Notes: generated from the sequence alone by a model not told the origin. 64,000 bases of DNA from an uncultured Chloroflexia bacterium (GCA_963724295.1 CAVRUC010000010.1:224001-288000), one strand, 5' to 3'; positions 28,589 through 38,769 are shown, numbered from the stretch's first letter. Numbers and translations are program-made.

Positions 28589-30955
28589 CTACTGAATCGC
28601 CATCGCGACCCGCCAGCGCTCAGCGTCGCTGACCTCGTGGTCCGCGTCATCCAGTTTGAGGTCGATCTGGACCCCCTTGATCGTGCCGGTGAACGGGTTG
28701 CCCTCGATCTTCAGGTCCGGCCCGATCGAGGCGCCGAACTTGTTGCCGACCAGCGCCGTCGAGTCGGCAGAGAAGACGGAGGCGTGGGTGTGCTCGACCC
28801 GGCCCTCGCCGATCTGCTTGCCGTCGACGTAGAGGGTGGCCGTGCCGCCCTTGCCGAGACCGCCGCCGTCGTAGGCGAACTCCAGGCGCACTTGATGCTC
28901 GCCGGCTGGCAACGGGTCCGGTGTCTCGACTTCATACATCTCGAGCCCGAGGAAGTTGTAGATGTACTTGAGCTTCCCCTCGTGCGCGTAGATCGCCCAG
29001 CCGCCGAAGTTGGCTCCCTGGGCGATGATCACCCCCTCCACACCCGACTCCGGGATCGTCACATTGGACGTCACCGCATAGGACTTGTTCTTGATATCGA
29101 CGACGGTGTTCTCCCCCATCGCCATCCCCGGGAAGAGGACTTGCGTATCCCCCTTGATCAGCGTGGGTCGGCCGGCCATCGCCGGGATAAACCGCTCCAT
29201 GCGGCGGTCGTCCAGCGGCAGGACCTGGTAGCGAGCCGCTTCGATCAGGAACTGCCGCTGCAGCTCGGCGAGTTTCTCGGGCATCTCCGCGGCCAGGTCG
29301 TGGGCTTGCGTCCAGTCGGTAGTGGTGTCGTAGAGCTCCCAGACGTCGTCGTTGAAGGGGGTCGGTTGTGCCGAGATTTCCCACGGGACGGAGTGGCGGG
29401 TGACCGCGGTCCAGCCATCGTAGTAGATGCCGCGGTTGCCGAATATCTCGAAGTACTGGATGGTGTGCTGGTCTGGCGCGCTGCCATCATTGAAGCTGTA
29501 GAGCATGCTGACGCCTTCCATCGGCGATTGCATGACGCCCTCGACGTAGGTCGGCTCGGGAATATCTGCCGCTTCGAGGATGGTCGGTGCCACGTCGATG
29601 ATGTGGCTGAACTGAGAGCGCACCTCGCCTTTGGTCCCGATGCCAGACGGCCAGTGGACAATCGTGCCGTTACGCGTGCCGCCCCAGTGGGAGGCGACCT
29701 GCTTGGTCCACTGGTAGGGGGTGTCCATGGCGTGCGCCCAGCCGACCGCGTAGTGGGGATACGAGTCGCGGCCGCCCCACCCGTCGAGGTGCGCCATCAG
29801 GAACTCGGGGGTTTCCAGGTCGGCCATGCCGTTGAAGTTGATCATCTCGTTGAAGGTGCCGTTGAGGGTTCCTTCCGCCGAGGCGCCGTTGTCGCCGATG
29901 ATGTAGTAGATGAGGGTGTCGTCGAGAATCTCCATCTGCTCCAGCAGGTCGACCAGCTGGCCGACGTAGTGGTCGGTGTGCTCCAGGAACCCGGCGTAGG
30001 TCTCCATCTGGCGGCGCAGGACCGGCTTCAACTCCTCCGGCATGTCCTTCCAGGCAGGAATCTGCTCCGGGCGTGGCGTCAGCTCGGCGTCGGCAGGAAT
30101 GACCCCCAGCTCCTTCTGGCGGGCGAAGGTGCGCTCGCGCAAGGCATCCCACCCCTCATCGAACTTCCCTTTGTACTTGTCGATCCACTCCGCGGGGACC
30201 TGGTGTGGGGCGTGGGTGGCGCCGGGAGCCCAGTAGATGAAGAAGGGCTTGTCCGGGTAGATCGCCTTCTGCGCCTTGATCCAATCGCTCGCCTTGCCGG
30301 CCATATCCTCCGTGAAGTGATAGGCGGGGTCGTTCGGCACCTCGACCCGGGTGAGATTGTCGAAGACCTCGGGGAACCATTGGTTGGTCTCGCCGCCGAC
30401 GAAGCCGTAGAACTTCTCGAAGCCCTGCATCGTCGGCCAGTGGTCGAATGGTCCCATGGGGCTCGTCTCCCAGACGGGGATCTCATGGCACTTGCCGAAC
30501 TGGGCCGTGGAGTAGCCGTTGTCGCGCAGGGTCTTGGCCACGGGTGCCTTGGTGTTGGGAATCATCGAGGTGTAGCCGGGTGCGGCCGCCGCCAGCTCGG
30601 TGATGGCGCCCATCCCGGCCGAGTGGTGATTGCGCCCGGTCAGCAGCGCCGCTCGGGTGGCGGAGCAGAGCGCCGTGGTGTGGAAGCGGTTGTACTTGAG
30701 GCCATTCGCCGCCAGGCGCTCCGCGGTGGGCGTGTTAATCGGACCACCGAAGGCACTGGAGGCGCCGAACCCGACGTCGTCGATCAGCACCACCAGCACG
30801 TTTGGCGCGCCTTTGGGGGGGCGAATCCCCTGGATCCGCGGGAAGACTGCCGCCGGGTCATTGGCGTCGTAGTACACCGGGCCTGCGTACGCCTCGTTCG
30901 GGATCGGGAGGTTGTCGCGGCTTGGTCCTCGCTGATTCTGGCGGGTATCACTCAA
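28589..30955 (-). CDS. Large arylsulfatase (AtsA/AtsD-like) with C-terminal LamG-like domain
   Basis: PNVLVVLIDDVG, TTALCSATRAALLTGRNHH, GKCH, PGATHAPH, GDNGAS. Confidence 0.92.
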   Translation of the reverse strand: MSDTRQNQRGPSRDNLPIPNEAYAGPVYYDANDPAAVFPRIQGIRPPKGAPNVLVVLIDDVGFGASSAFGGPINTPTAERLAANGLKYNRFHTTALCSATRAALLTGRNHHSAGMGAITELAAAAPGYTSMIPNTKAPVAKTLRDNGYSTAQFGKCHEIPVWETSPMGPFDHWPTMQGFEKFYGFVGGETNQWFPEVFDNLTRVEVPNDPAYHFTEDMAGKASDWIKAQKAIYPDKPFFIYWAPGATHAPHQVPAEWIDKYKGKFDEGWDALRERTFARQKELGVIPADAELTPRPEQIPAWKDMPEELKPVLRRQMETYAGFLEHTDHYVGQLVDLLEQMEILDDTLIYYIIGDNGASAEGTLNGTFNEMINFNGMADLETPEFLMAHLDGWGGRDSYPHYAVGWAHAMDTPYQWTKQVASHWGGTRNGTIVHWPSGIGTKGEVRSQFSHIIDVAPTILEAADIPEPTYVEGVMQSPMEGVSMLYSFNDGSAPDQHTIQYFEIFGNRGIYYDGWTAVTRHSVPWEISAQPTPFNDDVWELYDTTTDWTQAHDLAAEMPEKLAELQRQFLIEAARYQVLPLDDRRMERFIPAMAGRPTLIKGDTQVLFPGMAMGENTVVDIKNKSYAVTSNVTIPESGVEGVIIAQGANFGGWAIYAHEGKLKYIYNFLGLEMYEVETPDPLPAGEHQVRLEFAYDGGGLGKGGTATLYVDGKQIGEGRVEHTHASVFSADSTALVGNKFGASIGPDLKIEGNPFTGTIKGVQIDLKLDDADHEVSDAERWRVAMAIQ

Positions 30956-31745
30956 GGTTGTCTCTCCTACGCTTCATCTCAGCGCTCGCCGCCCGGGGCG
31001 CGTTACGGAGTCGGTGTGGCGCGCTCCCTCGTCGTGTCGGAGAGTGGCCGAGCTCGAGCGGATGGTCCTCATCGCCCGGTTGTCCCATCAGGACGAGGTC
31101 GTAGGTCGTGTCGCCCTCCAGCACCATGCCGGGCACCGTCAGAGCGACCTCACCCGAATCCGCCAGGGTCACGTCGAAGTCATACGTTCCGGCCGGCACG
31201 ACGGTGTAGGCCGATGTCGCCGAGTAGGGAAGCTGCCGTGCGAACACCTGGCTCTCTTCGTTCGCGGTGACCGTGACCGCCGGAAGCGCGACCGAGGCCT
31301 GGACGATACGGACGCGCGCACCGCGGTCGGGGACGGGGTTCGTGTCGAAGACGCCGCCGATGACGAGAGGATCGGTGACGATCAGGTAGTAGTCGTTGTC
31401 GGCGGGAGCCGGGTAGACCGCGTCGAAGACGGCGTAGTTGAAGCCGGCCCGGTCCGCGGTAATCGTGACGCGGGCGCCTCCCGGCTGGAAGTCAATCCAG
31501 TCGCTCAGCTGGCCGTAGGTGAACTCGTCGAGCACCTCGTCGTAGTTGATGTGGACTTCGAGCTTACCCAGGCCCGGATCGGCGTGCAGCACCTGTACCC
31601 GCGTCTGGATCGCCAGATCTTCCTGCGCTGCCGCAGGCTGCACCGCAACCGGTCCTAACACCGACGCCACCATCGTGGCCACCAGCAGAACCACCATCCC
31701 GACATGCCCGCAGGCTCGTGCAGTCCATACGCTGTTTCGCATCAA
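30948..31745 (-). CDS. Secreted DUF4397 domain protein (probable frameshift near the 3' end)
   Basis: Signal peptide; two repeats RVQVLHADP / RVRIVQAS..YTVVPAGTYD. Confidence 0.75.
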   Translation of the reverse strand: MMRNSVWTARACGHVGMVVLLVATMVASVLGPVAVQPAAAQEDLAIQTRVQVLHADPGLGKLEVHINYDEVLDEFTYGQLSDWIDFQPGGARVTITADRAGFNYAVFDAVYPAPADNDYYLIVTDPLVIGGVFDTNPVPDRGARVRIVQASVALPAVTVTANEESQVFARQLPYSATSAYTVVPAGTYDFDVTLADSGEVALTVPGMVLEGDTTYDLVLMGQPGDEDHPLELGHSPTRRGSAPHRLRNAPRAASAEMKRRRDNLE

Positions 31746-31881
31746 ACGTTCTCCTCCACGCCGCGGGACCGGCAGGTCGCTGTTTGGGATCGTAATCCAA
31801 CCTAGCGATCACTGGGTCGTCGCATGCGGCGCATTGCTGTATTCGACGCGTTCCTTACCGGAGCCGAACGGCGAGCCGACC

Positions 31882-32427
31882 CTAGTGCGACATCTGGTCG
31901 ATACAGACCGTGGCTGCCAGGATCAGGACATCGTTCTGTCCCGGGGCAATCTCGATGCCATAGGAGTCGCGTACCCGGAACCACTTCTTCGAGACCGTGG
32001 CCACATTGCCGATGCGGTATTCGTGGTCCAGGAGGTTGCCCTGGATCTCGAGGTCAGGACCATCGCCGATCTTGACCGTGTAGCGTTCCCGCAGCGGGGT
32101 GATCATTGCCTTATGCACCATCGCCATACGCTGGCCGTTCGGCCCCTCGATCTCCATCGAGTCCCGGACGCGGGCGACCCGTTCCTGGATCTTGCAGGCC
32201 TCATGGCCCTGCATGTCCCGAAAGACCAGGGTGTCGCGCATCCGCAAGGCTTTGCCATCGACTTTGAAGGCGCGCTGACCCTGGTCGTTCTCGATGAAGA
32301 AGTCATCACCGATCGAGACCAGTTTCTCGACCATCCGATACCGGTTGCCGGCCGTCGACGGTGCGGCCGCGGGGCCGGCCGCCGGAGCGGCGGGTGCATC
32401 CGCCTCGCCTCTGCGTCGCCTCAACAT
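31882..32427 (-). CDS. LURP-one/scramblase (tubby C-terminal-like) protein
   Basis: YRMVEKLVSIGDDFFIEN..FKVDGK..QGNLLDHEY..KKWFRVRDSYG. Confidence 0.85.
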   Translation of the reverse strand: MLRRRRGEADAPAAPAAGPAAAPSTAGNRYRMVEKLVSIGDDFFIENDQGQRAFKVDGKALRMRDTLVFRDMQGHEACKIQERVARVRDSMEIEGPNGQRMAMVHKAMITPLRERYTVKIGDGPDLEIQGNLLDHEYRIGNVATVSKKWFRVRDSYGIEIAPGQNDVLILAATVCIDQMSH

Positions 32428-32667
32428 GAAAATCGCTCCTTTTCTGTGCTCGAACGGATCCGGTGTCATGCTGCTCCCAGCACGCCCGCGGGCACGTGGA
32501 CGACGGCCCAGTGATGGATCCGCACCGAGCCTAGCCCGCGTCGGGTCGTAGCCACATGCGGCGAACGGAGTATTCGGCTTGTGAGGCGAGCGACCGAGTT
32601 GGGTGACAGGGTGATCGACCGGTTATGGGACGGAGTCCAACGACGCATTCGGCCTGCTGAAGCTCCA

Positions 32668-32813
32668 GGTCACCCTCAGCGATCGCGGCGCGCACCGGGT
32701 CCAGCCCCAGTCTCCGGCGGGACCACGTCGCGCGCGTGTGCCGCCCGTGTCAGCGCCTCCTGCTCGGCGGCCCGCCACGGCCAGCGTCCATCGATTGCGA
32801 TGTCGATGCTCAG
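32668..32813 (-). pseudogene. Orphan 3' end of a DUF1622 gene (direct repeat of 26371-26516)
   Basis: 122/146 identical, ungapped; in-frame LSIDIAIDGRWPWRAAEQEAL..stop; no start codon. Confidence 0.85.
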
Positions 32814-32840
32814 AAAACCCCGATGGAGCCAGTCATGGGA

Positions 32841-34398
32841 CTAATGGCGTTTGCCAGCTTGCTCCATCAGGGCCAGCAAATGCGGCAGGAAGCAGCGGCG
32901 GACCTCGGATGCGCCGCGCAGGCTCGGCTCGATCGTATGCGTGCACCAGGTCGGGTCACCGCTCAGGAAATGACCGTGGAGATCGACGAGTGCGCCGTAC
33001 CTGGCGGCGAGTTCGGCGAGCACGGCGTTGACGCGGCGATGGTTCTCGCGAGCTAGCTCAGGATCGACGCCCGTGAAGTTGAGGGCGTCGTCGCCGAACG
33101 TCGGATCATAGACATTCCCCAAAAGCACCGGCCGCACGGGGAGATCGCGCAGGAACGCGTCGAGCGCGGTGGCGAAGGCGGCGATGCCCGGGCCGCGATC
33201 GACGAGTAATCCCCGCAGCAAGTCATTGCCGCCGACCGTCAGGATCGCGGCGGCCTTCTCGCTCGGAGCAAGGTTCCGGGCTTGTGCCGGGAGGGAGTCG
33301 ACCGTAGCGCCGTCGACCGCTCGATGCTCGAGTCGGACCGCGACCGTGTGACGAGAGGTCCTGGCCCCGGAATTCCGGGAAGAGCTCGTCGTCGTTGCGA
33401 ATGAGGAGCTGTCCCGGATCCAGATCCCGGTCGTTGTACCACCTGGAGTCGAGGATGGAATCGCCAAAGGTGTAGAGCGTGAAGGGCGGGCTCTGGTGGT
33501 CACGACTTGCGGCGGGGACCGATTCATCCGTGTCGGCGGCGGTGGGCGTCGCGGCCGAATCGTTCGCGTCGTCGACCGATACGAACCAGTCCAGTGCCTG
33601 GCGGGCGATATCGGAGGGGACCGTGTGCGGGCCATCGAATTCGACGTACTCCACGTCGTAACCGGCTCGTGCCAGCTGAGGCACGATCCTGCGACTGGTG
33701 CGGTCGATGGCCAGGACCCGATCGTTAAGGCCGTGGGAAATGAATAGGCGCGGTTCACCGCGCTGATCCGCGGGAGCCATGAATCCGGGGGAAAACGCCA
33801 TTACCTGCCCAAAGAGGTCGCCGTTGGTGATGCCAAGCGATACGGCATACGAGGCGCCGTCCGAAAACCCGGCCACCGCGAGCAGTTCCGGGTCGACGGC
33901 ACAGCGGGCGAACGCGGCGGCCAGGGCCCGGTCGATGAACGCGACGTCCGGTCCATAGCCACCGCGAATGACGTCCCACGTGGACTGGCGCGATGCGGGG
34001 GAGAGCAGAATCAGCCCGGCCTCATCGGCGAGATCGCGCAGGGGGTAGAGACCAGAGGTCGCGTCGCCCCCCGCCCCATGCAGCGAGAGCACGAACGGCG
34101 CCGGCTGATCGGCCCGGTAGCCGGCGGGCACCAGCAGGAGCGCGTCCCGGTCGCGGTCGAGTCCCAGCGCGTGCAGACCCGGCGACACCGTCTCCGTCGG
34201 TGGTCCTGGACGCGCCAGGAGACGCCCCTCCTCGGGGCCCGGTGTCCCGCTGTCCTGCCCAACCTGACCCGCCATCGAGGAGCTCTCTCCCAGCCGCGTG
34301 AGTCCGTTAGCCGCCGCCAACCCGGCGAACAGGCTTGCGGCACGAGCGAGCAAGCCCCTCCGTGGTAGTAGCCGCCTCACCCAGCCCGAGCCTCGCAC
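32841..34398 (-). CDS. Phospholipase/carboxylesterase fused to an SGNH/GDSL-like domain; frameshift ~33345
   Basis: RRGLL Tat-like leader; LHGAG, GFSDG, SHG..D, GPH; then in frame FGDSILD; other frame LTVGGNDLL, NVYDP, TIEPS. Confidence 0.75.
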
Positions 34399-34540
34399 GC
34401 CATCCCGCTTCCTACCGCCGTGGACTATTGCCGCGGCGCAAGGAAGCCGTTACGCACGAGCGAGACCAACAGGAGACCCGCCGCGGTGACGTTTGCGGGG
34501 TGAGCCGAACAGCCGGTGAATGGTCGAGATCTCCGCGTCT

Positions 34541-35404
34541 TCAGGGCGCGGTTGGGTCGCCCGCGAAGACATAGGCGTTGATGCTGCCTCGCGATTGCAT
34601 CGCATCGAAGTAGATGCGCGTAGTCCGTTCATCCTGCCGCGTGACCTGGTTGCTGCTGGGAATGAAATAGTCGCCGTATCCGGGGGCAAATGCCTCGGCG
34701 GTGAGATCGACGAAGTAGGTTCCGCTCGGTAGTCCTTCCCAGGTGGTGGTCGCTCCGCTCACAGTCGCCTCGTCGGCGCCGAGCGGAGCATCGAACTCTT
34801 CGCTGGCGAGACTCCACTGCACGAGTGGCTCGGCCGAGGGTGCGCAGGCGTCCGTTTCCAGCGTGGCCAGGGTCATCCCCTCGGGACAGGCGAAGGTCTC
34901 GACGCTGAACGTCCCGGAAGCGTCCTGCGACGAGGTGGCAAAGTCAAACTCGCCTGCCCTGGCCACCGCCGCGAAGAGCAGAATCGCCTCGCCATCGCCG
35001 GCATTGCGCAGCGCCAGACGTGCTCGTTCACCGGAGGAGACCGCGTCGCCAGGGGCGAGGATCGTCTCTGCGCCGGGAGTTAGCGGCACGGTCCCATTGC
35101 CCCCAGCCAAAGTGAGATTCACCTCGGCCTCGGTAGGCTGGAGCGAGATGCCGACGCGCCCTTCTTCAAGAAGGATGACGGAGGCGCGGGGACCGTCGCT
35201 CGCGGGGATGCTCGCTCCCGGCTCGATCTTGATGCGGAGCATCACCAGCTCATCGCCCGTCGCGCCGGCAGGCACTCGTCCCAGGGCCTCTACCGATACG
35301 CCGGGGTACAACTCTCCTGACTGCTGGTCCGCATACGCCCTCTCGCCGAGCAGAGCGGTACTCAGCGCTAGCATCAGTAGCAGCATGAACAAGCGTCGTC
35401 TCAT
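34541..35404 (-). CDS. Secreted protein with cupin-like domain and C-terminal Cys-pair beta domain
   Basis: Signal MRRRLFMLLLMLALSTALLG..AYA; IEPGASIP..LAPGDAV..LRNAGDGEA; FACPEG..C..GLPSGTY. Confidence 0.65.
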   Translation of the reverse strand: MRRRLFMLLLMLALSTALLGERAYADQQSGELYPGVSVEALGRVPAGATGDELVMLRIKIEPGASIPASDGPRASVILLEEGRVGISLQPTEAEVNLTLAGGNGTVPLTPGAETILAPGDAVSSGERARLALRNAGDGEAILLFAAVARAGEFDFATSSQDASGTFSVETFACPEGMTLATLETDACAPSAEPLVQWSLASEEFDAPLGADEATVSGATTTWEGLPSGTYFVDLTAEAFAPGYGDYFIPSSNQVTRQDERTTRIYFDAMQSRGSINAYVFAGDPTAP

Positions 35405-35479
35405 CGAAGGCTCCTCATGGAAGACGCCAGAGCATGGCAATGGCGTTCGCAAGATACCCCTACTCGCCACAGCGCGTTC

Positions 35480-35528
35480 CCTTACCCATCACCCCATCAC
35501 CCTATCACCCTGACACCCGTCACCCAAT
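35480..35528 (+). repeat. Degenerate 7/8-nt array (CACCCCAT-like)
   Basis: cccatcac cccatcac cctatcac cctgacac ccgtcac ccaatc. Confidence 0.65.
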
Positions 35529-35608
35529 CCGCCGCCCGCCGAACAGGCGAACCGCCTGTGCTACCGTATCGCGCGCGAAAGAGGACGGTGAGAGCGAAGG
35601 GCGATGGC

Positions 35609-36523
35609 ATGGCCGCGGACGAGTTTGCGTTTCTCGACCCCAGGTTCAGCAAGTGCATCAATCCCACGGCCCGTGTCTACCGGCTCTTCGAGGGCTGCGC
35701 CTGGGCGGAGGGACCAGCCTGGTCACCGGGCTGGCGCTCGCTCGTCTGGAGCGATATTCCGAACGATCGCCAGCTCCGCTGGGATGAGTCCAGCGGCTCC
35801 GTCGGCGTCTTTCGCCACCCGGCCGGCCACACGAACGGCAACACCGTCGATCGCCAGGGGCGCCTCCTCAGCTGCGAGCACGGCGGGCGGCGCGTGAGCC
35901 GCACCGAGTTCGACGGTACGGTCATCACCATCGCCGATAGCTACGAGGGCAAGCGCCTCAACAGCCCGAACGACGTCGTCGTCAAATCGGACGACTCCAT
36001 CTGGTTCACCGACCCCGCCTATGGCATCGAGTCGGATTACGAGGGGCACCGCTCGGAGATGGAGCTCGACGGCTGCCATGTCTTCCGCGTCGACCCCGCC
36101 ACCGGCGACATGCGGATCGTCGCCGACGATTTCGTGCGGCCGAACGGCATCGCCTTCTCGCCGGACGAGCGCCTGCTCTACGTCTCTGACACCGGCGCGA
36201 CGCATGGCCCCGACGGTCCGCGTCACATCCGCCGCTTCACCGTCAACGACGATTCCACCCTCTCCGGAGGCGAGGTCTTCGCCACCTGCACGGCCGGGCT
36301 CTTCGATGGCTTCCGGCTCGACGTCGAGGGCCGGGTCTGGACCAGCGCCGCCGATGGCGTCCATGTCTTTGACCCCGACGGGACCATGATCGGCAAGGTC
36401 CTCGTGCCGGAGGTCGTCGCCAATGTCGAGTTCGGCGGCCCCAAGCGCAACCACCTCTTCATCTGCGGCACGACCTCCCTCTACACGGTCAAGGTGATGA
36501 CCAACGGGGCGCAGCGTATCTGA
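35609..36523 (+). CDS. SMP-30/gluconolactonase family protein
   Basis: WAEGPAW, WSDIPN, NSPND, FTDP, PNGIAFSPDE, DGFRLD. Confidence 0.92.
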   Translation: MAADEFAFLDPRFSKCINPTARVYRLFEGCAWAEGPAWSPGWRSLVWSDIPNDRQLRWDESSGSVGVFRHPAGHTNGNTVDRQGRLLSCEHGGRRVSRTEFDGTVITIADSYEGKRLNSPNDVVVKSDDSIWFTDPAYGIESDYEGHRSEMELDGCHVFRVDPATGDMRIVADDFVRPNGIAFSPDERLLYVSDTGATHGPDGPRHIRRFTVNDDSTLSGGEVFATCTAGLFDGFRLDVEGRVWTSAADGVHVFDPDGTMIGKVLVPEVVANVEFGGPKRNHLFICGTTSLYTVKVMTNGAQRI

Positions 36524-37059
36524 TGCCCCTGCCCCCTCCCGCCTCGCCGCGCCTCGAGTTCCGGCCGCTGACGATTGCGGCGATCGAGGCCCTCATCGCC
36601 GGCGATCGCGAGGCGTTGGAAGCGGAGACACGCGCCAGGTTTCCCGAGCCGCTGTCCGCCCCGCCCGAGATGGACCACGCCCTGCCCGCCATGCGCGATA
36701 GCCTGCGGGACGACCCTGAGTCCGCCTTCTGGGGCCCTTTCCTGATCGTCGCGCTGGAGACCGGGGAAGCCGTCGGGTCGGCCGGGTTCGTTTCCCAGCC
36801 CAGTCGCGGCGGCCAACGGGAGCTTGGCTACAGCGTCTACCCGTCCTTCCAGGGCCAGGGCATCGCCTCGGAAGCCGCGTCAGCCCTCGTCGCCTGGGCG
36901 CTGGCGCAACCAGGAACTCGCGGCGTACGGGCGACGATTCCACCGTGGCACGTCGCCTCACAGCGCGTCGCCACTCATGCCGGATTGCACCGCACCGGCC
37001 GCATGGAGACCGATCCCGACGAGGGACCAGTCGAGGTCTGGGAGCGGTCACGGGAGTAG
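36523..37059 (+). CDS. GNAT N-acetyltransferase (RimJ/RimL-like)
   Basis: ELGYSVYPSFQGQGIASEA..ASQRVATHAG. Confidence 0.85.
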   Translation: MPLPPPASPRLEFRPLTIAAIEALIAGDREALEAETRARFPEPLSAPPEMDHALPAMRDSLRDDPESAFWGPFLIVALETGEAVGSAGFVSQPSRGGQRELGYSVYPSFQGQGIASEAASALVAWALAQPGTRGVRATIPPWHVASQRVATHAGLHRTGRMETDPDEGPVEVWERSRE

Positions 37060-37060
37060 C

Positions 37061-38416
37061 ATGAAACCACGCCGCAAGCCCTTTCCGCCCTTGTTGCGAA
37101 CGAGCTTCCTGGCGATCGCGCTCGCCGTGATAACGAGTGGAGCGGTCGGCGGCGCCCTCGCCCAGGACGATGATGCCAACGCCGCGCGGAAGCGCGAGCT
37201 CGAGGCGAATCTCGATCGCGTCGCCCGCGAGACGGCCGAGCTACGGGAGCTCCCTCCGCTCGCCGAGATCGACGATGTCCTCGTCTCCCAGGACGAGATG
37301 CTGGCGATGGTGCCCGAGCTGATTGCCAAGGAGATGGCCCCCGCGGACGCCATCGCCCAATCGCGCTCCCTGGCCGCACTGGGACTCATCCCCGCGGGCA
37401 CGGATCTCTTCGATTTGACCGTGCGGCTGATGAGCGAGCAGGCAGCCGGCTTCTACGATCCCCTCAGCGACGAGATGCTCGTCCTCTTCGATGGCAATCC
37501 AGGCCTGACCGAATATATCTACTCCCATGAGGTCATCCATGCCCTGCAGGATGCCTACCTCGACCCTGACGATCTGATGGAGGATCTCAGCGGGTTGAAC
37601 GGCGATGAGCAACAGGCTGCGGTCGCGCTCTACGAGGGGGATGCGACGGCTGGGTCGGCGGCTTACCTGGAGGAACACCCCGCGCTCGTAGGCGCGTTCC
37701 TGCGTGAGATCGGGCGCGATTCCCCGGTGATGGACGAGGCGCCGGCGTCAGTCGAGATTGCGCTCCTGTTCCCATACATCACCGGGGCGAGCTTTGTTGA
37801 CCGCCTCCTTGTCGAAGGGGGCTGGGATGCGGTCAACGCCGCCTACGTCGACATGCCGACGTCGACAGAGCAGATCCTGCACCCGCTCAAGTACCTCGAG
37901 CGGGACGAGCCCTCGCTCGTGGCGCTGCCCGATCCCACCGCGCTCGGCGCCGGCTGGCGCGTTGTCGACGAGGACACGCTCGGCGAGCTGCAAACCGCCG
38001 TGCTCCTCGCCGACTTCGAACCCGGGGAGGGCGTCAACGGCATCACCGGCGACATCGCGCTGCCGGAATCGGCCCGCAACGCCGCCGCCGGGTGGGACGG
38101 CGACCGCTTCGCCCTCTGGGAGGACGGCGACGGCGAGCGAGAGGTCCTTGTCTGGCGGTCGGTCTGGGACACACCACAGGATGCGCGCGCCTTCAGCCGC
38201 GCCCTCGCCCAGTTCGGCAACGGCCGTTGGCACGGCCTCTTCAATGGAGAGAGCCCTGACGACGTGGCGCTCGTCACCCCCGAGATCGCCGCGCGCATCC
38301 TCCTCGACGGCCAGCAAGTCCTCTACGTGCAGGCACCCGATCTACCTTTGGCCGACGCCGCGCTGGCCGCGCTCCAGACCGCGCCTCCGCCCAATCCCGC
38401 GCCAAGCCCGGATTGA
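37061..38416 (+). CDS. Secreted HExxH zinc-peptidase-like protein
   Basis: Signal peptide; AGFYDP, SHEVIHALQD, LYEGDAT, FPY, PTSTEQILHP, AAGWDGD. Confidence 0.7.
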   Translation: MKPRRKPFPPLLRTSFLAIALAVITSGAVGGALAQDDDANAARKRELEANLDRVARETAELRELPPLAEIDDVLVSQDEMLAMVPELIAKEMAPADAIAQSRSLAALGLIPAGTDLFDLTVRLMSEQAAGFYDPLSDEMLVLFDGNPGLTEYIYSHEVIHALQDAYLDPDDLMEDLSGLNGDEQQAAVALYEGDATAGSAAYLEEHPALVGAFLREIGRDSPVMDEAPASVEIALLFPYITGASFVDRLLVEGGWDAVNAAYVDMPTSTEQILHPLKYLERDEPSLVALPDPTALGAGWRVVDEDTLGELQTAVLLADFEPGEGVNGITGDIALPESARNAAAGWDGDRFALWEDGDGEREVLVWRSVWDTPQDARAFSRALAQFGNGRWHGLFNGESPDDVALVTPEIAARILLDGQQVLYVQAPDLPLADAALAALQTAPPPNPAPSPD

Positions 38417-38489
38417 ATTCCGGAACCTAGCCGGTCACTATGCCAAAGGAGAGCGCGATCGTGATTGTCAGCTTGGCCCATCAGGCTTT

Positions 38490-38510
38490 AGACTAGTCTG
38501 CGACTAGTCG
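38490..38510 (+). promoter_or_regulatory. Tandem palindromic operator of the TA operon
   Basis: AGACTAGTCT g CGACTAGTCG just upstream of the antitoxin RBS. Confidence 0.6.
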
Positions 38511-38526
38511 ATCTGGAGAGCCATGA

Positions 38527-38769
38527 ATGAGAACGATCGGTGCATATGAAGCAAAGACGCGTTTCGGTGAGTTGTTGAGAGAGGTAGAGAACGGCGAAAC
38601 CATTATCGTCACCCGTCACGGCTTCCCCGTGGCCCGGCTAATTCCGATGGCCAAGGAGGCCGACGATGTGGCCGCGGCTATGGAGGAGATCCATCGCTTT
38701 CGCCGTGAGCATCGCCCAACACTGGGGGGAATCACGCTGCGCGAGCTCATTGAAGAAGGTCGTGAGTGA
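38527..38769 (+). CDS. Phd/YefM family antitoxin
   Basis: IGAYEAKTRFGELLREVENGETIIVTRHGFPVARL. Confidence 0.9.
   Translation: MRTIGAYEAKTRFGELLREVENGETIIVTRHGFPVARLIPMAKEADDVAAAMEEIHRFRREHRPTLGGITLRELIEEGRE

Noticed and set aside
28556..31270. 904-aa plus-strand ORF (also 20697-22478, 8423-9595, 58232-59503 and many similar)
   Set aside because: Antisense shadows of well-supported genes; expected in high-GC DNA and without motifs
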